A stretch of DNA of 64,000 bases, taken from Candidatus Latescibacterota bacterium. Lineage in GTDB: Bacteria; Latescibacterota; UBA2968. Both the position numbers and the translations under genes were made by a program. Each line of letters starts with the position of its first letter. Position 1 is the first letter of the stretch. The stretch is from positions 3,968,001 through 4,032,000 of the forward strand of contig OZ242311.1 of NCBI GenBank assembly GCA_965207885.1. Reading direction: 5' to 3'. Shown here in pieces: positions 22,751 to 33,906 of the stretch. Under the pieces are notes generated by a model. That model was not told where the DNA came from. It worked only from the letters and a program-made list of their open reading frames with translations, and did no database searches.

Positions 22751-23556
22751 ATGTCGAAGATTGGTACCAGGGCATACCGATCTCCAATCAGATGTCCGCG
22801 CAAAGCGAGCCACGCCTTGAGAGAAGTTGCCATCACTTACTCGATATAATGGCAGAATACAATGTTCTCGGCACATTCTTTATCCTGGGACCAGTAGCAC
22901 AGCACTATCCCGACTTAATACGCCGCATAGCCCGCGAAGGTCACGAACTGGGATGCCATGGATGGTCTCACGATCTGGTCTATGAAATGACCCCCAAGCG
23001 ATTTCGAGAAGAAACGCAACGGGCTTCTGCTGCGATCTCAGATGTAACCGCGCAACCCGTAACCGCCTATCGCGCAGCCTATTTTTCCATTACAGCGCGA
23101 TCATTTTGGGCCCTGGATATTTTGGCAGAACTCGGCTTTCAGTGCGATTCGAGTATTTTTCCAGTGCATAACTGGCGATATGGGATTCCCGATTTTGAGT
23201 TGTCATCGCGTATTGTAAAAACTGCTTCTGGGCCAATTTGCGAAATTCCAATATCTGTACGCGAAGTGGGAAAAATGCGATTGCCCGTAACCGGAGGCGC
23301 GTATTTCAGGCTATATCCCTATTTTGTGAGCCGCGCAAATATGCGGGCCGTGAGCAAACAACAGCGGGCTGTGGTCTTTTATCTGCACCCCTGGGAACTC
23401 GACCCCGATCATCCACGGATCGCATTTTACTGGAAGGCGCGTCTGACGCACTACGCCAATTTGAAAGCAACAGAGCCTCGATTGAGACGATTATTGACCG
23501 ACTTCTCTTTTTGTCCGCTACGCGAAATTGCAATGCAAATGAGAAAAGACGGATGA
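22729..23556 (+). CDS. Polysaccharide deacetylase (DUF3473 type)
   Basis: TVDVEDWY, HGWSH, DSSIFP, GGAYFR, YLHPWELDP. Confidence 0.9.
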   Translation: MRHAFTVDVEDWYQGIPISNQMSAQSEPRLERSCHHLLDIMAEYNVLGTFFILGPVAQHYPDLIRRIAREGHELGCHGWSHDLVYEMTPKRFREETQRASAAISDVTAQPVTAYRAAYFSITARSFWALDILAELGFQCDSSIFPVHNWRYGIPDFELSSRIVKTASGPICEIPISVREVGKMRLPVTGGAYFRLYPYFVSRANMRAVSKQQRAVVFYLHPWELDPDHPRIAFYWKARLTHYANLKATEPRLRRLLTDFSFCPLREIAMQMRKDG

Positions 23557-23735
23557 GGTCATAAGACCCCATCTGCGGGAGGTGCGTTTCATCTCAGGTT
23601 TCTAATTGCCTTTAAGCATTCGAGACCTTATATTTAGATGTTTCTGGGTGGGGCTGTGTCCTGGGATGTATAAAGAGTGGGGATTGTATTTGTCGGAAGA
23701 TATGTCCCTCTCGGCAATGGGAAAGGAATAAATAC

Positions 23736-24710
23736 ATGAGGTTTTTGGTTACGGGCGGTGCGGGTTTTATTGGCTCACATCTGGCCGAACGGCTTTTGAA
23801 ACAAGACCACGAAGTTTTTGTTTTAGACGATCTTTCAACTGGAGATCTGGACAATGTGCGGCACCTCGAGGGGAATCCGCGGTTTCAAATGAAAGTGGGC
23901 ACAGTGCTCGATCCAGAGACACTCAGACCCTTAGTCGAGTGGAGTGATGTCATTTATCATCTCGCGGCAGCTGTGGGTGTTAATTATGTCATCAACCACC
24001 CATTGCAGTCTTTGACCACGAATATCCGGGGCACTGAACTCCTGTTGGAATTGGCGAACAAAACGAAGAAACGAGTACTTTTGGCTTCGACCTCAGAGGT
24101 TGCGGGAAAGAAAAACGGCAAAGCGACATTTAGTGAAGACGATGATCGCCTGTTGGGACCAACAACTGTTGCGCGATGGAATTATTCAACCTCTAAAGCC
24201 GTTGGTGAAATGCTGGGATTGGCTTATTGGAGAGAAAAAAAATTGCCCGTGATCATGGTGCGCTTCTTCAATGTAATTGGTCCCCGGCAAAGTCCAGAAT
24301 ACGGCATGGTGGTGCCCCGATTTATCAAGCAGGCATTGTTGGGACATCCCATTACGGTATATAACGACGGCGAGCAAAGGCGGTGTTTTACCGATATAGA
24401 AGATGCCTTAGATGGATTGACAGCACTGATGGAACACGACCAAACGCCGGGCGAAATTTTCAATTTGGGCGGCAATCACGAGACCAATGAGATTTGTATC
24501 AAGGGCCTCGCTGAAAAAATCAAAGTGCTGACGGAAAGCGATTCACCCATTGAATTTGTGCCTTATGATAAGGCATTTGCAAAGGGTTCTTACGAAGACC
24601 TCAATTATCGCGTTCCCGATTTGACCAAGATCAAAAAATTAACGGGTTATAATCCCAAAATTAGTTTGGATACCACATTGCGGCGCATTATTGAATACTA
24701 CGAATCGTGA
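23736..24710 (+). CDS. NAD-dependent nucleotide-sugar epimerase/dehydratase
   Basis: TGGAGFIGSH, HLAAAVG, STSEV, YxxxK (YSTSK). Confidence 0.92.
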   Translation: MRFLVTGGAGFIGSHLAERLLKQDHEVFVLDDLSTGDLDNVRHLEGNPRFQMKVGTVLDPETLRPLVEWSDVIYHLAAAVGVNYVINHPLQSLTTNIRGTELLLELANKTKKRVLLASTSEVAGKKNGKATFSEDDDRLLGPTTVARWNYSTSKAVGEMLGLAYWREKKLPVIMVRFFNVIGPRQSPEYGMVVPRFIKQALLGHPITVYNDGEQRRCFTDIEDALDGLTALMEHDQTPGEIFNLGGNHETNEICIKGLAEKIKVLTESDSPIEFVPYDKAFAKGSYEDLNYRVPDLTKIKKLTGYNPKISLDTTLRRIIEYYES

Positions 24711-24781
24711 TGCCCGCTTTACTCTTTTTTACAAACGGCGTTTGCATTGCCCATTGGGAAGTGTAAACGCCAATTTTTGTT

Positions 24782-25930
24782 ATGCATCGACGTCCCAAAA
24801 TACTCCATACCATGACCTGGCTTGCGCCCGGTGGTGGTGCAGACCGAAATGTGTATCTTTCGATGAAGGACATGCGAAAGGATTACGAGATACACCTCGC
24901 CGTTGGACGGCAAATAGAGCGGGACGATTTGTTAAAACTACACGGGGTTGCCGCACATATATGCCCATATTTAGACCGGAAAATCAGACCCTGGCGCGAT
25001 TTTCGCGCGCTGCTGTGGTTCATGCGATTGATTCGCCGAGAGCGATTTGATCTGGTTCACACCCATGAAAGCAAAGCGAGTTTGCTCGGGCGCCTCGCAG
25101 CGCGATTGGTCGGCTGCAAGCATATCATCTACGGACTTCACGGTGTTGTTTTTAACGATCCTGTCAACCGCATCAAACGACAATTCTACATCGCGCTCGA
25201 AAAAATGACGATATGGGCTTGCGATTTGATCATAGCCGTTGGTCGGGACACAATTCGGCACTATCATCGGGAGAATATAGGTCGCAGCATTCCCCATCAG
25301 GTTGTTTATAGCGGCATCGATGTTACAGAATTTGAACGGCGTCTGAACAACGTAAAAAAAGACGCATTTCGGCGCAACACAGGCATACCTGACGACGCGC
25401 CCGTCCTGGTCAATATCGGCCGTTTTTCATCCGCCAAAGCACAACATTATACCATTGAGGCATTTGCCAGATTGCAATGTCCCGGAGCCAGATTATTATT
25501 GGTAGGGGAAGGACCCGAGCGCGCAGCTTGCGAGCGGCTTTGCGCCGAGTTAGGCATCGTGGATCGGGTTATTTTCGCGGGATTTCTCCAGGATATTACA
25601 CCTGCGTATGCGATTGCCTCTGTGCATGTCCTATCCTCTTTACGCGAGGGCTTGTCCGGCGTTGCTGTAGAAGCATCCCTCGCGCGGGTGCCCACAGTAT
25701 CGTTCGAAGTCGAAGGCATACGAGAGATTGTAACACATGGACACTCAGGCTTTGTCGTGCCACAAGGCGATATCGAGGCGATGGTGATATATTTGGAAAA
25801 ACTGATCGGAGATTCTCAAATGTGTCACACATTTGGAGAACGCGCATACCAGCACGCGATTGCGCGATGGGATCACCGCGTTATGGTGCAAAAATTGGAT
25901 ACGATTTATCGACAAAGGCTCAAAATATGA
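24782..25930 (+). CDS. Glycosyltransferase family 4
   Basis: VHTHESKA, HG, EGLSGVAVEA. Confidence 0.9.
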   Translation: MHRRPKILHTMTWLAPGGGADRNVYLSMKDMRKDYEIHLAVGRQIERDDLLKLHGVAAHICPYLDRKIRPWRDFRALLWFMRLIRRERFDLVHTHESKASLLGRLAARLVGCKHIIYGLHGVVFNDPVNRIKRQFYIALEKMTIWACDLIIAVGRDTIRHYHRENIGRSIPHQVVYSGIDVTEFERRLNNVKKDAFRRNTGIPDDAPVLVNIGRFSSAKAQHYTIEAFARLQCPGARLLLVGEGPERAACERLCAELGIVDRVIFAGFLQDITPAYAIASVHVLSSLREGLSGVAVEASLARVPTVSFEVEGIREIVTHGHSGFVVPQGDIEAMVIYLEKLIGDSQMCHTFGERAYQHAIARWDHRVMVQKLDTIYRQRLKI

Positions 25931-26622
25931 AACCGCGCAAAATGGGATACGGCTGTACCAGCAGTACATCAACGCGGGCTGTCGGGCAATTTTTTGATAT
26001 TTATGCCAAAAATTTTGATGCGATCTACGGACATACAGGACGTCGAAGCGCGCTCGGCAGATGGGTAGATCGCACATTTCGGCAGGTGATGATGCGGCGT
26101 TTTGAGGAAACGCTTCGGCAAACAAAAAAACAAGAGATTCATTCTGTCTTAGACATCGGGTGTGGCCCGGGGCGATACATAGCTGCGTTTGCACTTCAGG
26201 GAAAAGATGTCGTGGGAGTAGATATTGCCGAAGAAATGCTAAAAATTGCACAGGACAATATCGACGCGCTCAATGTAAGTGCAGACCTCGTTCTGGACGA
26301 TTATCTGTCTGTTCATTTTGACCGGATATTTGACGCGGCGTGTTTGATGGGATTTTTTGATTATATTGAAGATCCCGTACCGATTTTAAAAAAATTGGCA
26401 ACAGAAGTAATGGGCGAATTTTATGCGAGCTTTCCAAAATCGGGCGGTTTTTTGGCGTGGCAGCGCCACATCCGATACCGCCTGCGAAGGTGTCCGCTGT
26501 GGTTATACAGCAAACGAGATGTTGAAGACGCACTGATTGCAAGCGGCTTTGTCGGATGCTACGAAATTCGAGATTTTGGACGCGATTGGTATGTAGTCGT
26601 CCAAATGCAGGGCACAGGGTGA
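25927..26622 (+). CDS. Class I SAM-dependent methyltransferase
   Basis: VLDIGCGPG, GVDIAEEM; ATGA overlap with the upstream gene. Confidence 0.88.
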   Translation: MKPRKMGYGCTSSTSTRAVGQFFDIYAKNFDAIYGHTGRRSALGRWVDRTFRQVMMRRFEETLRQTKKQEIHSVLDIGCGPGRYIAAFALQGKDVVGVDIAEEMLKIAQDNIDALNVSADLVLDDYLSVHFDRIFDAACLMGFFDYIEDPVPILKKLATEVMGEFYASFPKSGGFLAWQRHIRYRLRRCPLWLYSKRDVEDALIASGFVGCYEIRDFGRDWYVVVQMQGTG

Positions 26623-28202
26623 ACCACCATCTCCGAAAAACCAGAGCTATTTTTTTAGCACCTATGTCAAAAGGTCTCACATTTTTAAAATTATGCACCG
26701 CCGCGGCCTTTGCAATACTGGCGTGGATCGCTTCGGGCATATCATTATTAGACGATGATTGGGGCCATCTCAAATTGGCATCCAAAGGCTTTGCCTCCGC
26801 TTTGACAACCGGATGGGAGGGCCTGATTGGGCAAGGGGGATATTATCGTCCGGTAGTTGTTTCATCGTTTTATCTCGACTATTTAATCGGTGGGTACGCG
26901 CCCGCTATTTATCACATCCACAATATTTTGATTCACACGGGATGCGCGTATCTCGTTTTTTTATTTGCGCGATGCCTCTCCACAGACCGCGCGGTAGCCT
27001 GGGGCGCCGCGCTTTTGTTTTTTCTACTCCCCATTCACACCGATTCTATCTTCTGGATTGTTGGACGCACAGATCTCTTGTGTGCGCTATTTTATCTGGG
27101 CGCGCTGATTTTATTTTTTAAATACATGCAGCGCGATTCTACCGGCGCGTTATTGGGACTTGCCGCTTGTAGTGCACTCGCTTTTTTGTCCAAAGAAATG
27201 GCAGTGTCCCTACCCATCGCACTCGCGGCACTGGTCGCGTATCGCAAAGCGTGGAACACAGCACCAGCGCGGCGCGGATTGGCTGTTGTCTGTATCGTAT
27301 TACTCGCGTATTTTGGCGTTCGGTGGCTCGTACTGGGTAGCGTATTGGGAGGGACACCCCGCGCGTCAATTATAGATTGGGCGCGCGACGGCGTGAAAGC
27401 TGTGGCAAAATTTGGGATGAGTGATATCTGGTGGCTAGGCATTGCATTGGTGATCGGAAGTGCTGGAATTTTTATTTATCAACACGGTCGCAACATCTTG
27501 AACAAAAACGCGGGGTTCTGTCGCCCATTTGCCCTGCTCTTGATCTTTCTCCTCGGCGCGAGCCTCGCCCCGGCATTGGGGCATTTACACAACTGGTATT
27601 TGTATTTGCCCTCCGCCTTCTTTTGTCTGGGTATCTCTATGATTTGGCTAAATAAAAAGCAGCCAATTCTCTGCTCTCTCTTTGCCGTTCTAATCCTTTA
27701 CTACGGAGTGGTGATCGGACGCGAGGGCTTTCTCTGGCGCGAAGCTTCGCAAATGAGCGAAAATGCGATTGCCAATTTGATGCCCCATGCGCGGGCAACC
27801 ACCGGCACGTTATTCGTCTGCAACGTGCCCTCGGCCTGGACACCTTCCGGTGCATTCAGTGGCAAACCGCTATTTGCTTATGCACTCAAAAATGCACTTG
27901 CCATGCGGTCGTCTCAACCGTTGCAAGCTAAAATTGCAATGGTGAACCACGTCTGGTTGACTGATGATTTTGCGTATCGCATTCACAGAACAAATACGGG
28001 TTTTGATCTGGCGATTGCAAAAGGCGGCTTCTTTTCGTTTCACAGCAAGGGACAGGGACAAACACCGCCTTTTGAAATTGTCCAAATGTGGGGGCGTGTG
28101 GCGGTACACGCAACCGATTCTCTCTCAATCGCGCTGAATATGCAACCTGAGGATCGCGTGGTAATCTACAACAAAGGTGAATTTGAGAAATTGTGGCCAT
28201 AA
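26619..28202 (+). CDS. GT-C type membrane glycosyltransferase (TMTC/PMT-like)
   Basis: LDDD, YYRP, HTDSIFWIVGRTDLL, LSKE and many TM helices; start uncertain. Confidence 0.75.
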   Translation: MNHHLRKTRAIFLAPMSKGLTFLKLCTAAAFAILAWIASGISLLDDDWGHLKLASKGFASALTTGWEGLIGQGGYYRPVVVSSFYLDYLIGGYAPAIYHIHNILIHTGCAYLVFLFARCLSTDRAVAWGAALLFFLLPIHTDSIFWIVGRTDLLCALFYLGALILFFKYMQRDSTGALLGLAACSALAFLSKEMAVSLPIALAALVAYRKAWNTAPARRGLAVVCIVLLAYFGVRWLVLGSVLGGTPRASIIDWARDGVKAVAKFGMSDIWWLGIALVIGSAGIFIYQHGRNILNKNAGFCRPFALLLIFLLGASLAPALGHLHNWYLYLPSAFFCLGISMIWLNKKQPILCSLFAVLILYYGVVIGREGFLWREASQMSENAIANLMPHARATTGTLFVCNVPSAWTPSGAFSGKPLFAYALKNALAMRSSQPLQAKIAMVNHVWLTDDFAYRIHRTNTGFDLAIAKGGFFSFHSKGQGQTPPFEIVQMWGRVAVHATDSLSIALNMQPEDRVVIYNKGEFEKLWP

Positions 28203-28214
28203 AAAGGTACGATC

Positions 28215-31200
28215 ATGAAAACTTTCTCGCATTTGATTCCCGCAATCACTTTACTAATCGCGACGAGCATCGCACACGCGGGAAACGTGCGCGTGGTGGC
28301 AACGGGTGAAAACTGGGTAGAAGTTGTGGTAGATGCATCCGATTTAGTCATCACCTCAGAATCATCTTATGATCGCATAGACGTGCCGGGATGGATGTGG
28401 TTGCACCAGCCGGGAGCACCTGCTGTACCTGTACGCGGAGCAACACTGGGCATGCCTTATGGCTCTCGTGCGGTCGTTCAAGTGCTCAATGCAAACTATG
28501 AGGAAATCGACGGACTGAATTTGATGCCAGTGCCCCAGATGCAGTTATTGGGATCAGAACAACATCCGTTTTCGAGATCAATTTACCTGAAGGACGAGAC
28601 AATTTACGACACGCCGGGATTTTATCCTGGTGCAGAAGCCGTTGTGTCACACACGGGCGTCTTGCGCGATCAACAAGTCGCGATTCTGTCATTGCGTCCC
28701 GTGCAGTACGACCCCGTTCAGCGCAGACTTAGGATTGCGCGACAATTGCGGGTGCGCATATTATTTATCGCGGATGAAACGCGGCCCTCTATTCGGATTT
28801 TGAGAGCTACAGACGGTTTTGAGCCTATCTATCAAAAGGGATTGCTCAACCCCGAACAGGCGCGCTTTTGGCGTGGGCGACGCATTCGCGCGACAAAGCG
28901 CATACAGGATTGGTACGACCCCCTGGCCACGTATTACAAAATCAGAATTTTTGAAGATGGTCTCTACCGATTGGATGCGAACTGGTTTTCCGAATCCGGC
29001 ATTGTGTTGGCACCGGGAGATTTGGATCGGTTGCAGGTATTTTTAGACGGAAAAGAAATCCCGCTACTCATTGAAGATGGCGGAGACGGCGTATTAGATA
29101 CGGGCGATGGGGTGCTGTTTTGGGGCGCATATCGACGCGCGCCAGACCGAGACTTCGAAAATGAATACGGCGCAGAGCGCGTCTATTTCCTGCGTATTGG
29201 TCGAGAATCTGGCCTGCGATATAAACCAGCAGAAGACGCGTCTGCCGCCGACGCAGTCTCCACGCATTTTTTGTCGCGCAAACACGTTGAAATCGATTCT
29301 ACTTATGAAGCGATGGGACATGCCCGAAATGCCGACCGCGATCACTGGTTCTGGCGGCGCACTGCATCTCCGTCGCGCCCAGGCGATATGCCCACAGACG
29401 TCGTAATGCCCGTACCTTTGCCGGGGCTGGCGCGCGAAGCAGGTAGCAACGCGCAAATTCGCCTGGGCATGCATTCCTTGACCTTGAACCAGAATATAAA
29501 CCCCGATCACTACGCTGTCGTACAAATTCAGGATGGGCCGCTCATCGCAGAAGCGCGCTGGGATGGACAGGATGCTCATATAGCGACGGGCGTAGTACCT
29601 GTATCGGCATTGTCGGATACGACGTACGTGGTATTGCGAACACCCGGCGATCCCTCGTTTCCTATCGAGCCGATTCCCTATGTCGATCACGTGTATTTCA
29701 ACTGGGTAGAGATCACCTATCCGCGGCACTTTGAGGCCATAGATGGTATGCTGTATTTTAATCCGGGTATTGTGCTTTCGCCGCGCGCGGTCTCAATTCC
29801 CAATCTTGAACACGAACGGGTTAGAGTCTTGAATTTGGACAAGAACAAGATCATTGCCACGGTGCGAGATGGCGAGGGAATTCGGTTTGAGATTGCTGAA
29901 GGCGGCAATTTTGTCGCGGTAGATGAAACAGCGATAAAAACACCCGAACGCGCAGAACGCGACACTCCTTATGATTTGCGCGGCTTCTCTGGCGCGGATT
30001 ACGTGATTATCGCAGGTGCAGATTTTATGGATGCCGCCGAGCGTTTGGCCGCACATCGGCAAGGGCAGGGGTTATCCACGCTGGTGGTCAATGTAGCCGA
30101 TGTATATGACGAGTTTTCCTTTGGACAAGTCGATGCCGAGGCCATTCGCGGTTTTGTACAATACGGATTTCACACTTGGACAAAACGTCCCGTGTATGTA
30201 TTGTTATTCGGGGAATTCAGCTTTGATTATCGCAATATATTTGGAGAAAATCTGATCGCGCGTCACAACCTTGTGCCAGGCATGCCTTTTCAATCTCCCA
30301 ACCGAGGTCTAGCATTTACCGATGAATTTTTTGGGCGGGTGGATGATGGTTTATTTATGGATGTATTTGTGGGGCGGTTTTCCGTACGACGCGCATCGCA
30401 GGCCAATACAGTTGTGCAAAAAGTAATCGCTTATGACGAAACACCGTCGGCGCAATGGCGCAATCGCATTTTGCTAATGGCAAATTGGGATCCACAGGGA
30501 GGGACGTACAAATTTATTGCGCCGAGTGATACGCTGGCAACAATTACGCACGCTATCGGGCTGGAGAATTTCAAGGTATATCACGACGCAGATACACCGC
30601 CCGAACCCAATGCCTCATCCCGCGAAGTTATTCGGCAGATCAATGAGGGGCGTCTGATTGTAAATTTTATGGGACATGGCAGTGCCTCATCGATGTCCAA
30701 ATTTATTGCCGGAACATTTCAGCGAGGGGCGTTCGATTACATGAGCCAGATACGAAACCGCGAACGCCTACCCCTATTTATCGGAATGTCGTGTCTAAAT
30801 GGTTTGTACTGGGACCCGCGCATCATAAGTTTAGCCGAAGAAATGACCAACAAACCCAATGGCGGCGCAATAGCGTATATCTCCGCGTCTTCCCTCTCTT
30901 TTATTCGCATTAACAACCAGCTCAACACCGCGCTATTCCGACATATATTTGAAAATGGCGTACGGGCTTTCGGGCACAGTCTCGCTCTGGGCAAAATGAC
31001 CGAACTCGCCGCTCTCCCTTCGAGTGAACTGGGATTGGTGGGGATGAATTTGATCGGCGATCCCGCACAACAAATCGCAGTACCACAAAGCCCGGATTTT
31101 GTACTTGGCGATGCTGCGTTGCAGTTAGACCAGCAAGGCGAACTGACTACGGCGGACTCGGTTCGGGTGACACTCCGCGTAGATAATTGGGGTATTCTGC

Positions 31201-33893
31201 CCAAACGCAGCGTGGATATCGTCCTGATTGATCGCAACCTGGATTCCGCCGTGGTCGATACCCTATTCAGGGCGGCTTTATCGCCTTTTGGAATACGCGA
31301 TAGTGTGACGGTGCTCTGGCGTCTCAAAAATCGTGCCGGACGCCATGTCTTAGAAGCGATAGCCGACCCCGCCAATGCAATTGTAGAAGGCGATGAAACA
31401 AATAATCGGACAGCAGTAGAAATTGATGTCTTAGGCGCATTATCGACTATACAGCTCTTGCCATTGCCCAGTCAGACCGTCGCAAATGCCCAGACAGTAT
31501 TGGGTGTGCGGTCTGGGGAAAACCAGTTTCATCTAACGGGCGAATTTGAACTAAATAGATCTGGCGATTTTCAAGACCCCGCGACAATACGTTCGGGCAG
31601 CGTGGCCACAGCCGAGGGCATCATCTTATGGCGACCGACGGGTTTGCGCGCGGAGTCTTATTTTTGGCGCGCACGATTATCCGATGGACAAACAACCGGC
31701 CCCTGGTCCAATGTGCGACATTTTGTGGTGACATCCTCTGTACCCGAACGACAGGTGGTGTGGCAGCAAGAAGGCACTATTGCATTATCGCGCGGCACTG
31801 GCGAAGATGTCGTGCTGTCTAAGGACGGTTCTGTGGGACGCACCATGTCTCCACCGCCGATCCGATTCAATGCTGCCGAGGCTTCTTTTCTCAGTGAAGG
31901 TGTAGCGGGTGCAGCCGTTTTGTGTACGGACGGAACATACCTGTATGTAAAGCGATTCTATACATCGCAAGACCGGTATCCAGGCAGTGATTTGTTCGCA
32001 CGCATTGGCACGGGATTCAATGGCACAGTCGCAGGTCAGAATTACGGAATCGTGACCGAAACACCTATCCAGGGCATTTCTGCGACATTTCACAGCGATG
32101 GGTTTATCTATGCCGAACACCAAACCGCTCGCTCCCTGCTGCGTATTTCACCCATCACTGGGCGAATCGATACCGTTGAAGTACCCGGCCGCTTGCTGGA
32201 TTTGTACCGCGGATTGCCATTTGATGCCCATGCATTGATTACCTCTGACGGCGAGTTTATTTATAACGTATCAGCAGGCGTCAATGGTGTGCGGCGCAGC
32301 GGATGGAGCGTGCGGATATTTGACCCGGCCAATGCCTGGCGCATCGTGCGACAATTTGCCGTACCGCCAACAGAAACGGGATTTGGATATCCGATTACGG
32401 ATGGCGCGATTGCCGACGGGCGGTTTATCTACTTAATCGAATATAGCGAGGGATTGACCCACCGCGTGCGCGTGGTAGATGCACATACCGGGGCATTCGT
32501 CGAAGAATTTGAAAGCGACCAGGCGCAGACAGATATTTTGGGAGGGCAATTTGATTGGGTGAACAACGTGGTGTGGTTGGGGCAATTGCGCGGAGGCATG
32601 GTATATCGATATCCGGGGCAGCACTTGCCCGAATTTGGCACCTTAACATCTGAACCGATTGGACCAGCGAGTGCGTGGCATACAGTAACAACGGCTTTAT
32701 CGGGCACGGGTAAAGCCGAAGTGAATTTACTCGGCGAGATCGATAACAATACGTTTGCACCATTGGCACAATGGCAAAATTTATCACCTGGAACACACAA
32801 TTTGCGCGATATAGCCATCCCGCGACTAAAAATTCAGATCAAATTGTACGGAGAGGGACTAAATCCATCCCCCGGTCTGCAAACCTGGACCACAACATAT
32901 CAGCCACTTTCAGATATTGGCCTGAGCAACTTGCGGGCAGAACCCTTTGAAGTAACGGAATTGCAACCCGTTTATCTCCATCTCGACGTACAAAATTGGG
33001 GTCCATTAGACCTTGCTCTGGGCGCATCTGTTGCCTTTTATAGCGGCTCTCCCGCGCTGGGGCGTCTGATAGGGCGCGTGGCTGTGCCCGAAAATAGTCC
33101 GCTCGGACAAATCGTTCCCCTGCGTCTGGCGTGGCAAACCGCGCAATGGGCCGGACAACACATGGTAACAGCTCGTTTGGAAAATCTTCAAGGACAGTCG
33201 ATTTTTCCCGGCCGCGAGGTAGTACTTACTGAGCCAGTGCATATTGCCCCGAGTTCTGACCGCGACGTGCCAACAATTGAAATCGCGGCGCTGGATGCTC
33301 TTGGAGAAGTTCGACCAGAAGATTATCTGCCCTCCCAACCGACATTTCGAATTTCCATGCGCGATACAGCGGGTATTGATTTGTCCAGCATTCGCCTATC
33401 GCTTTTGGGAACAGACGAAGCACAAGAGAGCGATTATGAGTCGGGAAAAATAAAAGACCGCGCTGTTACCCCCATGACACTGTCATTTGTCTATACCCCA
33501 GACGCGCTTGTCGATGGGCGTTATACACTCAATGTCGAAGCCTCTGACAGGCTGGGAAATGGTCCTGCAAAAATTGCAATATCATTCCAGGTCTCTTCAA
33601 TATTGGCGATAGAGAACGCACTGGTCGCGCCCAATCCCGTATCTGATACGGGACATTTTACATTCATCTTATCGCGTCCTTCAGAAATCACCGTGCAAAT
33701 TTACACCCTTGCCGGACGGCTCGTTCAGAGAATTGAAGAGCCATTTGCACGCGCGGGATACAACCAGATTTTTTGGGATGGGCGAGACGCCGACGGCCAT
33801 GTGCTGAGCAACAATACGTACTTATACATTTTGACCGCAGACAATGGCGAATCGCAGGCGCGGGTTAAAGACAAATTGATTGTATATCGATAA
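28215..33893 (+). CDS. C25-family (gingipain/PorU-like) cysteine peptidase with propeptide, CARDB-like and C-terminal FlgD-Ig-like sorting domain
   Basis: Signal peptide; ADYVII, DVYDEFSFG, VGRFSV, catalytic NFMGHG and MSCLNG, NLIGDPA; DPANAIVEGDETNN; C-terminal PNP...IYTLAGRLV...WDGRD...YLY. Confidence 0.88.
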   Translation: MKTFSHLIPAITLLIATSIAHAGNVRVVATGENWVEVVVDASDLVITSESSYDRIDVPGWMWLHQPGAPAVPVRGATLGMPYGSRAVVQVLNANYEEIDGLNLMPVPQMQLLGSEQHPFSRSIYLKDETIYDTPGFYPGAEAVVSHTGVLRDQQVAILSLRPVQYDPVQRRLRIARQLRVRILFIADETRPSIRILRATDGFEPIYQKGLLNPEQARFWRGRRIRATKRIQDWYDPLATYYKIRIFEDGLYRLDANWFSESGIVLAPGDLDRLQVFLDGKEIPLLIEDGGDGVLDTGDGVLFWGAYRRAPDRDFENEYGAERVYFLRIGRESGLRYKPAEDASAADAVSTHFLSRKHVEIDSTYEAMGHARNADRDHWFWRRTASPSRPGDMPTDVVMPVPLPGLAREAGSNAQIRLGMHSLTLNQNINPDHYAVVQIQDGPLIAEARWDGQDAHIATGVVPVSALSDTTYVVLRTPGDPSFPIEPIPYVDHVYFNWVEITYPRHFEAIDGMLYFNPGIVLSPRAVSIPNLEHERVRVLNLDKNKIIATVRDGEGIRFEIAEGGNFVAVDETAIKTPERAERDTPYDLRGFSGADYVIIAGADFMDAAERLAAHRQGQGLSTLVVNVADVYDEFSFGQVDAEAIRGFVQYGFHTWTKRPVYVLLFGEFSFDYRNIFGENLIARHNLVPGMPFQSPNRGLAFTDEFFGRVDDGLFMDVFVGRFSVRRASQANTVVQKVIAYDETPSAQWRNRILLMANWDPQGGTYKFIAPSDTLATITHAIGLENFKVYHDADTPPEPNASSREVIRQINEGRLIVNFMGHGSASSMSKFIAGTFQRGAFDYMSQIRNRERLPLFIGMSCLNGLYWDPRIISLAEEMTNKPNGGAIAYISASSLSFIRINNQLNTALFRHIFENGVRAFGHSLALGKMTELAALPSSELGLVGMNLIGDPAQQIAVPQSPDFVLGDAALQLDQQGELTTADSVRVTLRVDNWGILPKRSVDIVLIDRNLDSAVVDTLFRAALSPFGIRDSVTVLWRLKNRAGRHVLEAIADPANAIVEGDETNNRTAVEIDVLGALSTIQLLPLPSQTVANAQTVLGVRSGENQFHLTGEFELNRSGDFQDPATIRSGSVATAEGIILWRPTGLRAESYFWRARLSDGQTTGPWSNVRHFVVTSSVPERQVVWQQEGTIALSRGTGEDVVLSKDGSVGRTMSPPPIRFNAAEASFLSEGVAGAAVLCTDGTYLYVKRFYTSQDRYPGSDLFARIGTGFNGTVAGQNYGIVTETPIQGISATFHSDGFIYAEHQTARSLLRISPITGRIDTVEVPGRLLDLYRGLPFDAHALITSDGEFIYNVSAGVNGVRRSGWSVRIFDPANAWRIVRQFAVPPTETGFGYPITDGAIADGRFIYLIEYSEGLTHRVRVVDAHTGAFVEEFESDQAQTDILGGQFDWVNNVVWLGQLRGGMVYRYPGQHLPEFGTLTSEPIGPASAWHTVTTALSGTGKAEVNLLGEIDNNTFAPLAQWQNLSPGTHNLRDIAIPRLKIQIKLYGEGLNPSPGLQTWTTTYQPLSDIGLSNLRAEPFEVTELQPVYLHLDVQNWGPLDLALGASVAFYSGSPALGRLIGRVAVPENSPLGQIVPLRLAWQTAQWAGQHMVTARLENLQGQSIFPGREVVLTEPVHIAPSSDRDVPTIEIAALDALGEVRPEDYLPSQPTFRISMRDTAGIDLSSIRLSLLGTDEAQESDYESGKIKDRAVTPMTLSFVYTPDALVDGRYTLNVEASDRLGNGPAKIAISFQVSSILAIENALVAPNPVSDTGHFTFILSRPSEITVQIYTLAGRLVQRIEEPFARAGYNQIFWDGRDADGHVLSNNTYLYILTADNGESQARVKDKLIVYR

Positions 33894-33906
33894 AGTGAAA
33901 AGAGTC